A DNA stretch of 64,000 nucleotides from Candidatus Cloacimonadales bacterium (GTDB lineage: Bacteria > Cloacimonadota > Cloacimonadia > Cloacimonadales > JAFGVF01): contig CAXXOU010000004.1 in assembly GCA_963677495.2 (NCBI GenBank), positions 256,001-320,000 of the forward strand, given 5' to 3'. This document shows, piece after piece, positions 38,002-47,353 of this stretch. The position numbers were made by a program, and so were the translations under genes. A model generated the notes under the pieces. That model saw nothing but the letters and a program-made list of their open reading frames with translations, was not told the origin of the DNA and made no database searches. Every line of letters starts with the position of its first letter. The stretch's first letter is position 1.

Positions 38002-39576
38002 ATGAAAAAGATAATATTAATAACTGTTCTGGTTGCTACTTCTGTTCTTGCTATGGCATTTGATAATTATGTTCCTGCTCAAGAGATGTTTGGGAAATAC
38101 TTCAAATTCTCAACCTTCTACAACAAAGAGTATCAGGAATTCGATGATGGTTTTGATAACTTCGGATTGATGATTGCAAAACCTCATATATATGGTAACT
38201 TTGGTCTCGAACTCGATGCTACCACAAAGATGGATGATGTCTATCGTGAGACATTCGGTAACCTTTCTTTAGGGTTCAACTTCAGGAAGAGATTTGCTTT
38301 AGCTCTCTCTGGTGGTTTCGTTAACAGAGCTTATGATACTTCAGGTATGATTTTCAATGAAGAAGAAACAATAGCTGATGAGAGTGTTTTCCAGCCAACA
38401 GTAGGTGCTAGTTTCCATACTACACTTATTAAAGATAAGTTAGAGTTTGGTGGTGCAGGTTATTATCTGAACCAACCGGATATCTCTATGAACAATGGTG
38501 AAGATAAGCTTCCTATTATGGCAGAATCATACATAAAGTGGGATATAAACAAACACTTTGATCTTGGTGCAAGTTATCAGTTCGAAGATGAAGAGCACTA
38601 CTTCGGTCTTGATTTTGCTTTTAGCATTCCTGCTCCATGGTTCTCAGTAAAAACTTCTGTTTCTCAAGAGAAGATATCAGTGATGCCTTCATTCCATACT
38701 TTCAACTATTGGACCTTTGACGTGAAGTATGATTACTTCCTGGAAGAGGAGCTTGTGGGAACAAACTATGGTGTTCAGGCAACTTTCGAGCTTGTTAAGG
38801 AATATCCTGTTATTGCAATATATAATGAATTTGAAGGTGTTGAAGTACTTGATACAGAAGTTGATTCTATTCATGTTGATTTTGGTGTTGAAGATGCAGA
38901 CAGACTTTATTTCATTAAAGCTAACTTGAATGATGAAACTCAGCTTCTTACTGCCAAGTTGCATGAATATAGTAAAAAGAACTTCTCATTACCTCTTAAG
39001 TTGAAAGAGGGAAAAAATGTCTTCGACATCTCTACAAGAGCTGTTAATGGAAAACCAATTCACAAGCAACTTGTCGTGAACTATGAGATCCCAAAATGGA
39101 TTGCTGAAGTTGATACTGTGAAAGCTGATACTGTGAAAGTAGTAGAACCAGCTAATCCACCGGTTGAAGAACCAATCGAAGAAACAGTTGAAGAGGTAGA
39201 ACCAATTGTTGAGGAAGTTGAAGAGGTTGAACTCGTAGATAAATATGTTGTTAAACCTGGTGATTCTCTTTGGAAGATTGCAGCTTTACCTCAGGTATTT
39301 GATAATCCTCTCAAGTGGAGACAAATATATGAGCTTAACCGTGATAAGATTAGCGACCCTAACCTTATCTATCCTGAGCAGGTTCTTAGAATCAGAAGAC
39401 TGTTTAACGGCCTTTATCAGGTTAAAACAGGTGACACTCTTTGGGGTATCGCTAAACAAAAAGAGATATACGATAATCCTCACATGTGGAAACGTATATA
39501 TGAACTGAATAAAGATAAGATTAAGAACCCTGACCTTATTTATCCAAACCAACGCTTCAGAGTTTGGGAAGATTAG
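38002..39576 (+). CDS. PorP/SprF-like outer-membrane barrel fused to two LysM domains
   Basis: Signal peptide; amphipathic strands with YLNQPDIS; Glu-rich linker; YVVKPGDSLWKIA and YQVKTGDTLWGIA LysM repeats; directly after a type B CTD gene. Confidence 0.68.
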   Translation: MKKIILITVLVATSVLAMAFDNYVPAQEMFGKYFKFSTFYNKEYQEFDDGFDNFGLMIAKPHIYGNFGLELDATTKMDDVYRETFGNLSLGFNFRKRFALALSGGFVNRAYDTSGMIFNEEETIADESVFQPTVGASFHTTLIKDKLEFGGAGYYLNQPDISMNNGEDKLPIMAESYIKWDINKHFDLGASYQFEDEEHYFGLDFAFSIPAPWFSVKTSVSQEKISVMPSFHTFNYWTFDVKYDYFLEEELVGTNYGVQATFELVKEYPVIAIYNEFEGVEVLDTEVDSIHVDFGVEDADRLYFIKANLNDETQLLTAKLHEYSKKNFSLPLKLKEGKNVFDISTRAVNGKPIHKQLVVNYEIPKWIAEVDTVKADTVKVVEPANPPVEEPIEETVEEVEPIVEEVEEVELVDKYVVKPGDSLWKIAALPQVFDNPLKWRQIYELNRDKISDPNLIYPEQVLRIRRLFNGLYQVKTGDTLWGIAKQKEIYDNPHMWKRIYELNKDKIKNPDLIYPNQRFRVWED

Positions 39577-39595
39577 GAATAACATCTAGTATATT

Positions 39596-39622
39596 AAGGC
39601 TACCGGAAACGGTAGCCTTTTT
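39596..39622 (+). terminator. Intrinsic terminator
   Basis: AAGGCTACCG-GAAA-CGGTAGCCTT plus T-run. Confidence 0.88.
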
Positions 39623-39644
39623 CATTTATGGAGTTAACTTTTTC

Positions 39645-39669
39645 ATGGAGTTAACCGACTGCGTCGGTT
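39645..39669 (+). repeat. 25-bp direct repeat, left of the CRISPR-Cas locus
   Basis: ATGGAGTTAACCGACTGCGTCGGTT, identical to 45565..45589. Confidence 0.9.
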
Positions 39670-39757
39670 TGTCCTGTCACACAACTATGAAGCGAACCAT
39701 AAAGCGAACCAATAAACCTTCTAAATAGTCGTAGACCTTGAGAATGGTTGATCTTAA

Positions 39758-39806
39758 CATTTTTAATCTTTCATCTTGCATTCAGCATTTTTCATTTTGC
39801 ATTTCC
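39758..39806. repeat. Degenerate heptamer tandem repeat (CATTTTN x7)
   Basis: CATTTTT AATCTTT CATCTTG CATTCAG CATTTTT CATTTTG CATTTCC. Confidence 0.75.
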
Positions 39807-39808
39807 CC

Positions 39809-40901
39809 ATTACAGCTTGACTCCAAAACCTATGAGTCTTTAATAAACAGATGACGATGTTCCTTTCCCTGAAAGTTACAGCTTGACTCCAAAACCTATG
39901 AGTCTTTAATCAGATGAGGAAGAAGTAATTGGAATTTTTCCGTTACAGCTTGACTCCAAAACCTATGAGTCTTTAATAAAATTATTTGGTTCAATATCTT
40001 CCGGAGTGTTACAGCTTGACTCCAAAACCTATGAGTCTTTAATAATCTAACTAATATTGAATCATACATGCTTGTTACAGCTTGACTCCAAAACCTATGA
40101 GTCTTTAATAACCGCTAAAAAATCCTCCTAGAGGTGTAAGTTACAGCTTGACTCCAAAACCTATGAGTCTTTAATAGGGCTCATCATATCACCATTACCA
40201 TCTCTGTTACAGCTTGACTCCAAAACCTATGAGTCTTTAATAGCACCGGTAATTGTAACACCTACATCTTCGTTACAGCTTGACTCCAAAACCTATGAGT
40301 CTTTAATAACGAGGAAGGATAAATGTCAGCACCATATGTTACAGCTTGACTCCAAAACCTATGAGTCTTTAATAAACGTTCTTGGAATGTCACAATGGAA
40401 AAGGTTACAGCTTGACTCCAAAACCTATGAGTCTTTAATCGACCCTGCAACTGCTGATAATTGGGTTGTGTTACAGCTTGACTCCAAAACCTATGAGTCT
40501 TTAATGGTGGTGCTGATTCTATCTATAGTGCATTAGTTACAGCTTGACTCCAAAACCTATGAGTCTTTAATCACTTCCACCATGCTTGTATTTTAGTGTA
40601 AGTTACAGCTTGACTCCAAAACCTATGAGTCTTTAATCTCAATGGAAAGCTGGTTGTTGTTCCTATCGTTACAGCTTGACTCCAAAACCTATGAGTCTTT
40701 AATATGATTGATGAGCATTATTCACAACCTAAAGTTACAGCTTGACTCCAAAACCTATGAGTCTTTAATCGCTGTCATGCTGTACATTATCCATTACTCG
40801 TTACAGCTTGACTCCAAAACCTATGAGTCTTTAATGCTTAATTGCAGACTTGCATTCAGATTCTAGTTACAGCTTGACTCCAAAACCTATGAGTCTTTAA
40901 T
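39809..40901 (+). CRISPR. Type II-C CRISPR array: 17 repeats of 36 bp, 16 spacers of 30-31 bp
   Basis: Repeat GTTACAGCTTGACTCCAAAACCTATGAGTCTTTAAT; the leftmost copy starts with A instead of G; strand assigned from tracrRNA complementarity. Confidence 0.98.
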
Positions 40902-40908
40902 AGGCTTT

Positions 40909-40939
40909 GCGGAACCCACTGTTTTTCAGTGAGTTCCGC
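40909..40939. terminator. Hairpin between the array and cas2 (probable terminator)
   Basis: GCGGAACCCACTG-TTTTT-CAGTGAGTTCCGC between convergent transcripts. Confidence 0.6.
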
Positions 40940-40946
40940 TATTATT

Positions 40947-41285
40947 TTATAGATCTTCCCAGATGATTTCAAGCTGTTCAGGGGGTAATTGAGGTCCGAT
41001 TTTCTCCGTATTTCTTATGTTTATTACAGAGCCAAATTGCTTATCAGTGAAAAAAAGGATAGAGATTTTACCTTTAAGGGGTGCTTTTTCGTCAAGCTTT
41101 TTTACCATCGATTGAACTTTATCACGAGAACCACAGAACCTAAGATATACAGAGAACTGGGACATTTCAAAACCATTATCAAGTAGAAACTTTCTGAACT
41201 TTGAAGCATTCCGTCTATCCTCACCGGAAGTTACAGGCAAATCAAATAATACCATCATCCACATAAGTCTATACCCACTCAGCAT
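40947..41285 (-). CDS. cas2: CRISPR-associated Cas2
   Basis: YRLMWMMVLFDLP, FRKFLLDNGF, QFSVY, TDKQF. Confidence 0.96.
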   Translation of the reverse strand: MLSGYRLMWMMVLFDLPVTSGEDRRNASKFRKFLLDNGFEMSQFSVYLRFCGSRDKVQSMVKKLDEKAPLKGKISILFFTDKQFGSVINIRNTEKIGPQLPPEQLEIIWEDL

Positions 41286-42163
41286 TGTTCTAATTCCGGG
41301 AATATTAGAAGATTCTTCTTCTCACGATATGTCTTAACCAGTGAATCTATTGAGTTCTGAATGCAGTTATAGAGAGCCCAATGCTTATCACACATCTCCC
41401 CTGTATATTCCATAAATCCCAGAAGTTCTTTTTTCGTCTGTGGTGTAAGCTCGCTTTCATCATCAATACCCATCTTCATTATATGATAGTCTACATATGG
41501 ACGATACGGTTCCATCATATCATCAGCAAGGCACCACGGGTCGAGCCTGTTACAATGATGAATCCCAAGGCTCTGATGTAGTCCCGATGCTGCAATTGCT
41601 CTTACAACTGTACTTCTTAGAATCGCATACCCGAAGTTAAGGTAGGAGTTTATCCCGGGTTTATCAAAATTCCTTCTAAACTCCTTACCAAACAGATCTT
41701 TCCAATAGCGTGAAGCCATCTGACCTTCTACATTACTTACATCACCTGACTGTACTGTCCTGATACTTCTTAACAACACTTTGTCATCAATATCATAAGC
41801 TTTCAGAACAAGATATTGGTTCTTGATTTTCATGCGTATAATTGTCTGCCAAAGTCTATCATTGAAAGCTTTACTCGCAGATATTTGGTCATTTAATCTA
41901 CCTGAAAGGTCATAATTAACTTCCGTACCGGATAGAAAGCCACAAGGCATAAAGTTAGACCCACAGATTATCATAGGGATATTTCTACTACATAGTTCTA
42001 TAACCAGATTATGGCTATAACGAATCCCAAAACCTGAGACTATCAGGCACTCGAATGTATCGAATGCTCTTTTGACTATACATTCTCCATCAGACTTCCC
42101 AATCAAAAATCCTCGCTCTTTTGATATAGAAATGTTGTTTCTTGATATTTCAAGATAATTCAT
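41279..42163 (-). CDS. cas1: CRISPR-associated Cas1 (type II)
   Basis: NVEG, INSYLNFGYAILR, LGIHH, LADDMMEPYRP. Confidence 0.96.
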   Translation of the reverse strand: MNYLEISRNNISISKERGFLIGKSDGECIVKRAFDTFECLIVSGFGIRYSHNLVIELCSRNIPMIICGSNFMPCGFLSGTEVNYDLSGRLNDQISASKAFNDRLWQTIIRMKIKNQYLVLKAYDIDDKVLLRSIRTVQSGDVSNVEGQMASRYWKDLFGKEFRRNFDKPGINSYLNFGYAILRSTVVRAIAASGLHQSLGIHHCNRLDPWCLADDMMEPYRPYVDYHIMKMGIDDESELTPQTKKELLGFMEYTGEMCDKHWALYNCIQNSIDSLVKTYREKKNLLIFPELEQC

Positions 42164-42187
42164 TTTCCCTCCATCTCCTACTGAGGT

Positions 42188-45100
42188 TTACTTGTTTACA
42201 TATCTGTCCTTTACTCTTCCTGTGATAGTTACAGTTATCTTACGTGCGTTATATTCTTTTAATTTATTTGCACCATACTGTTCTCCAACATCTTCTTTAC
42301 CTTTTGGTTTTGTAGATATTGTATCCACTCTAAGGTACATGATTCCATTAGTCATTTTCCTGACTCTAAAATACTTAACTCCATCATCAGTATCAAGAGC
42401 CACCATATCATTAATCTGCAAACGCATAATCCTTTTTGCCATTGGGTATTCCTGTTTCCAGTTTGGCACAAAGCCATGCTGATGTACTGCAAAGAGTGGG
42501 ATTATCTCACACTTCCATTTACCGGCTAACTTCTTATCCTTGAACTTTTCAGGGAAGGCAAAGATATCAGCACAGTAGTTTCCTCCTCCAGCAAAATGCT
42601 TATATGCTTTACCGGTTTTATCTCTTACAGCGAACAGGGTTGCTTCCTTCTTCAGTTCAATAATCTTTACTGATTTAACTCCTGTTTCTTCTGTATATTT
42701 ATCCATTATTACCTGAAACTTACTATCAAAATGTTCATCATGGAACTGTTTCATATCCAGTGCCAAATTTCTATCCTTAATCTTCTTAAAATCCTTTGCT
42801 GAAGTAAATGATGAGATGGGCTTTCTAACAGTTGTCCACACATATCCGGGCTTGTTTACGGTTCCATCAAACTCACCTTCAAACACAGAATATGCAGTTT
42901 CCTGATGAATAGCCCCAATCGCTTTACCTGTTCGGATTGCTCTTTCTGCATTCCCATGATCAGGTCTATGAGAAACAACAATGTTATCAACAACACTCTG
43001 AGTTCGTTCCACAAAGCTTTCAAATGGCTCAGGCATCTTTTCTAAGAATCTGGAATCACCACTTTTCTTCACCGCTCTGTGATAACGTTGTATCATAGAA
43101 CGAGATGTAAGAGCAACAACAAGTGCATCAATTGAGTGGTGACGGTGGTCTGTTCTTTCCTTCTTGCCTGTATCAGATAACAGGTCATTCAGCCCCCAAT
43201 AATGTCTAAACTTAGCAGTCATCTGCCCGGGTACAACCCACACATCATCAGGACCTGCAACATAGGTCATATATTCCCTTGCAATTCTGGACATATAGCG
43301 TGTATCATTGAGCATTCTCGCGAGTATTGCACCTTCATCCTCAAACCTCTCCATTGCATCTTTGGCAAAGCGTTTGCGCTTGCTATAACTCTGGAGTTCA
43401 TTAGCTCTGGAAACTATCTTATCCCAATCATAACCTTTGGGACTACTACCAAAAGCTTCATAAGGGCTTCTCTCACCTTTAATCCTATTCGCTTCTCTAA
43501 GTGAAATAGTCTTATTCATAAAGCCATCATCATAGGTTCTTGATTTGGGTAAAATATGCTCTATTTCAAAGCGGGATGAGAATAGATCACTCTGAGGAAT
43601 TGGCACTCCACTATAGGGACAACACCTTTTCAGAGGGTCTTTATTCAAATCCTCCCAGAGTTTATACCGCAATCTATTGGAATATGAGTCTGCAACACCA
43701 AGCTTTTCTAATTCTACAGCAATTGCCTCATTATGCTTTCTTTCACGAGATTGCTTTTTATTAACTTCATCTTTCTGCTTCTTATTAAGCTTCAAATCCC
43801 TCGCTAACTCAATCACAATCTGCGAAGGAGCACCAATCTCGATAGTAAGCTGATTCACAAGTTTACGCAATTGGTTAAGGGCAATATGCACGGTTGGGTT
43901 AGAGATTCTACCGTAAATCTCTTCATCAAGTTCACCATTTGGATTAGCAAACATAACCTTAGTAGGCATCAACTTCCCATAATATGGTAAATCACCGTCA
44001 ACAAACACTTCTCCGGTTCCCGGCTTTGAATGTTTATACCCGGCTTCTTTGCAAGCATCGCTATAAATAAGTCCTTTGCGTAAATTGGGTAGTATCTTCT
44101 TAATCGCTGTAACAGAGAGATTACCTGTGCCTGATGGTAGCTGTAAATGTGCAACATAATCAGCTTGTTCTTTTGTTAAACCGTAATCAACTTGTAGTAA
44201 ATCAATAAGATTCTTCTCTATTTCAGGGTCATTCTCATCATTAAGTATCAACTTCACAATTTCATGATGTTTTTCAATAGGAAGACCTAACCACTTTTTA
44301 CCGAAAGCCTTTTCATTGCTTAAATCAATCGAAGTCACATTCCCATTCAGTTCTTTACGCTTATCATCCTCAAGGTTAAAGCTATACATATCATATGTAC
44401 TCTTGGGGAGTATCTTCTTTCTAATTGCCTTAAACTTAGCAGTCTTCTGCTTCATTAGCATTTCAATGATAGTGTTTCTCTGCACAGATGTAAGGGGTGT
44501 TTTATTAAACTCCAAATCCACAAGTTCGAGATTGTTAACTTCTGATAAAATCCTAAACTCTTGGAAGTAAGGACTTGCCTTCATTGCTCTAAACTCATTC
44601 GTTTCGAAGATACAACGACCTTTAGGCTGAGCTTTCAATGGTCTTTGATAGAAGATAATATCTTTTATCTTATCATGCAAAGCTTTAGTCATTGAGTTGT
44701 GATATTCAGCTTGCTTACTCCATATCTTATCAAACTCATCTTCTATTAAAGCTCTATTAGGAAATATCTCCTTTTCAGTTTCCCCTGCATGGAATCTAAG
44801 AGAGCACTTTTTAATGTGCTGTGATTTGCTTAAATTGGCATTTAGTCCATAGAGGTATTGCCCAATAGTCTCCGAATTGTTCTCTTCAAGTTTATGCCTC
44901 AAGTTCTCAATGGCCTTCTTCGTTGGACCGGTATCTTTACTCTTGCTATCAAGCTTACGATTACTTTTAAACCCTCTTCGTTTACTTAAATGGAATATAG
45001 CTCTCCCAATTTCATGCAATGTTAACTTATCATCCAACGCCTTAGCCCTAAGCTCATAGGGATCTATTCCGATAAGTCTTTCTATCTCAACTTTATCATC

Positions 45101-45364
45101 AGACATTAATCCGTTAGCTTTAAGTGCTTTCAAAAGTTGTTCCCTACGCATCAGATATCTGTCATGATTCCTACGCATCGAGCGTTTATCGCGTCTTGTT
45201 ACTGCAAGTGGTTCTTTAGTTTTAGCGTCTCTACCATCAGAAAATATTCTCACCCCCATTCTGAGAATATCAATAGGTTCTTTATCATCATCAAGCTCTA
45301 AAGCACACCATCCTAACGAGGTTGATCCTAAGTCAATTCCAAGTCGATATTTTTTCATTGACAC
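42188..45364 (-). CDS. cas9: Type II-C Cas9 (1058 aa)
   Basis: RuvC-I LGIDLGSTSLGW, Arg-rich bridge helix, IVIELAR, HNH EIEHILP...NK, RuvC-III HHSIDA. Confidence 0.97.
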   Translation of the reverse strand: MSMKKYRLGIDLGSTSLGWCALELDDDKEPIDILRMGVRIFSDGRDAKTKEPLAVTRRDKRSMRRNHDRYLMRREQLLKALKANGLMSDDKVEIERLIGIDPYELRAKALDDKLTLHEIGRAIFHLSKRRGFKSNRKLDSKSKDTGPTKKAIENLRHKLEENNSETIGQYLYGLNANLSKSQHIKKCSLRFHAGETEKEIFPNRALIEDEFDKIWSKQAEYHNSMTKALHDKIKDIIFYQRPLKAQPKGRCIFETNEFRAMKASPYFQEFRILSEVNNLELVDLEFNKTPLTSVQRNTIIEMLMKQKTAKFKAIRKKILPKSTYDMYSFNLEDDKRKELNGNVTSIDLSNEKAFGKKWLGLPIEKHHEIVKLILNDENDPEIEKNLIDLLQVDYGLTKEQADYVAHLQLPSGTGNLSVTAIKKILPNLRKGLIYSDACKEAGYKHSKPGTGEVFVDGDLPYYGKLMPTKVMFANPNGELDEEIYGRISNPTVHIALNQLRKLVNQLTIEIGAPSQIVIELARDLKLNKKQKDEVNKKQSRERKHNEAIAVELEKLGVADSYSNRLRYKLWEDLNKDPLKRCCPYSGVPIPQSDLFSSRFEIEHILPKSRTYDDGFMNKTISLREANRIKGERSPYEAFGSSPKGYDWDKIVSRANELQSYSKRKRFAKDAMERFEDEGAILARMLNDTRYMSRIAREYMTYVAGPDDVWVVPGQMTAKFRHYWGLNDLLSDTGKKERTDHRHHSIDALVVALTSRSMIQRYHRAVKKSGDSRFLEKMPEPFESFVERTQSVVDNIVVSHRPDHGNAERAIRTGKAIGAIHQETAYSVFEGEFDGTVNKPGYVWTTVRKPISSFTSAKDFKKIKDRNLALDMKQFHDEHFDSKFQVIMDKYTEETGVKSVKIIELKKEATLFAVRDKTGKAYKHFAGGGNYCADIFAFPEKFKDKKLAGKWKCEIIPLFAVHQHGFVPNWKQEYPMAKRIMRLQINDMVALDTDDGVKYFRVRKMTNGIMYLRVDTISTKPKGKEDVGEQYGANKLKEYNARKITVTITGRVKDRYVNK

Positions 45365-45464
45365 ATTCCCTCCTGAATTGCTAAATATTGTCTTGTTTAA
45401 TTGGTAAAACTTTTGCTTTAAATGTCAAGCATAAGTTTATGTTGGGCCTTAAAATAGACTTGAA

Positions 45465-45560
45465 TATGACTTATAGGTTTTGGAGTCACGAAAAGCTGTT
45501 AATAAGGTTTTAGACCACAAAGATTAGGACACAGACTACGGTCTGTGTCCCTTTTTTTTT
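45465..45560 (+). ncRNA. tracrRNA (5' end approximate)
   Basis: Anti-repeat GACTTATAGGTTTTGGAGTCA (45468-45488), bulge, AAGCTGT, then TAAGG nexus-like start, ending in GGACACAGAC/GTCTGTGTCC plus T9. Confidence 0.92.
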
Positions 45561-45564
45561 ATGT

Positions 45565-45589
45565 ATGGAGTTAACCGACTGCGTCGGTT
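45565..45589 (+). repeat. 25-bp direct repeat, right of the CRISPR-Cas locus
   Basis: Identical to 39645..39669; a degenerate copy follows at about 45597. Confidence 0.9.
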
Positions 45590-45733
45590 CTGATTTATGG
45601 AGTTAGCCGACTATGGCAGTTTGTCTGATAGTACTTGTCTGATTAGTATGCATTAAATAAATATTTCTAGTTCTATTTTATTCGCGGGAAACTGCAATCA
45701 CATAGATGTTTCACTCCAGGATTTAACCATCGA

Positions 45734-45918
45734 CCAAAACACAGTTATCCCACTGTTTCCCCACTGTGCACGCACTGTGCACCCAGTGAAACAGTGGGTT
45801 GGCAGTGCCTTCACAGTGGGATCGCAGTGCTTACACAGTGCGTTGGTGGATAGAGCAGTAAAAGTGAGTGAAAAGAGCAATAAATATAGCTAAGTCATTG
45901 CAAACTGCACTGTGTATG
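45734..45918. repeat. 185-bp dispersed element with 11-bp-phased CACTG/CAGTG arrays (copy 2, inverted)
   Basis: CACTG at 45751, 45762, 45773; CAGTG at 45792, 45803, 45814, 45825, 45836; reverse complement aligns without gaps to 7186..7370. Confidence 0.9.
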
Positions 45919-46097
45919 TCTATTTCGGACTTGCACCAGTCTTCGCTTTAAAGCTACGCCCCGACAGGCCGCAACGAAGTGTGGGAGGAGAACGAAATTC
46001 AGGGATATGCGACTTCGAAGTGCATTTTAGGAAGTCCGTTGACTTATCAGGCCGACAAACTCTCTGAAATGCCGTATGTCATTGCAAAAGGCACTGA

Positions 46098-47353
46098 CTA
46101 CAAGATTTCAGTTAAAAACTTATCCAGAACCTTTGTTTGACTTTCAGATTGAATTGGAGTTGTATCCTTGTTGTTCCTAATGGGTTCACCGGTTTGCCAA
46201 GCATTATACAGTTTTTCAAGATAAGCAAGAATAACAGTTTGATTAGAATAATCGCAAGTAACACCTGTACCATAATTTCTTAGCATCTCAGCTGCCGCAC
46301 CATCCGAAGGTCCAAAGCAAAGAATAGGAGTACCTGAGCCAATGTACTCAAACAGTTTAGTAGTAAGCATCCCGCTTGCACCTGTATAAGTATTAATTGG
46401 CAGCAGGAGAAGTTCAGCATTTCTCATCTTATCGATAGCATTCTTATGGGGAGTGAATGGTTTGTAAACTATGTATTCTGAAAGGTAGGGTTTCTGAGAA
46501 TAGTTACCGGTTAGCTCTAGCTCAATATCATCACCCAGCTGAGATTTGATAAAGAAATCCAGTGCTTTAACAAATGGTGCCAGAGTCTGTCCTTGGGTCA
46601 ATGAGCCTATGAACTTAATCCTGAACCGATTACTTGCATGATATGGTATCTTTGAAAACTTATCAGCATCAAAACCATTAGGCAGAATCTTCTTGTTACC
46701 TTCCGGAAGCTGATTTGCAATTTGCGTTGAAACGACTAAATTTAAATCAGCATTACTAAGAACCTTTCTCTCCAACTTTTTATTCATATGATTAGCCATC
46801 TGCCCTGTTTTAGCAAGTTGAAGATAGAATATCTGTGACCATGGATCTCTGAAATCCGTAATCCATGGAATCTTGAATTGCTTTTTTAATTTCATTCCAA
46901 CAAGATGAGTTGAATGGGAGGACCTGTTGTAATCACGGCGTTGAAATCACCATTCTTTATTTCCGCTTCCGCTGCTCTATATGCAAACTTGTTCCATATC
47001 ATTCTTGCATCAGGTGCAACAAGGTTTAAGCGCATCCAATACATAAGTTTTTTTGAAAATAGATCATTATGAGTGCTATTTAAAGAACCATAAGGAATAT
47101 TGTTTTCTTTGTTACCGGTAAAAAGATGAAAGATGTTACCAAATGTAGGTGTCTTAGTTCTAATAACCTTAATATTCATAGGGACTTCAGCCAACAATGA
47201 CTCATCAATAAATGGATAGTCACCATTATCAGTTGTGATAACATGGATGTCCCAGCCTAGTTCAGGAAGGTATTTGAGGAACCTTAACCATCTCTGGACT
47301 GCAGGCCCACCAGCCGGAGGGAAGTAGTATGTTATTAATAAAAGTTTTTTCAT
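46098..47353 (-). pseudogene. GT4 glycosyltransferase split by a -1 frameshift near 46917
   Basis: ITYYFPP...VQRW N-terminus and DFRDPW/KLFEY C-terminus. Adding one C to the CCC run restores TTGPPHSTHLVGMK. Confidence 0.85.

Noticed and set aside
40262..40536. ORFs with repeated peptides
   Set aside because: Translations of the 66-bp CRISPR period.
39845..40865. Self-targeting spacers
   Set aside because: No match to this window noticed by eye; not an exhaustive search.
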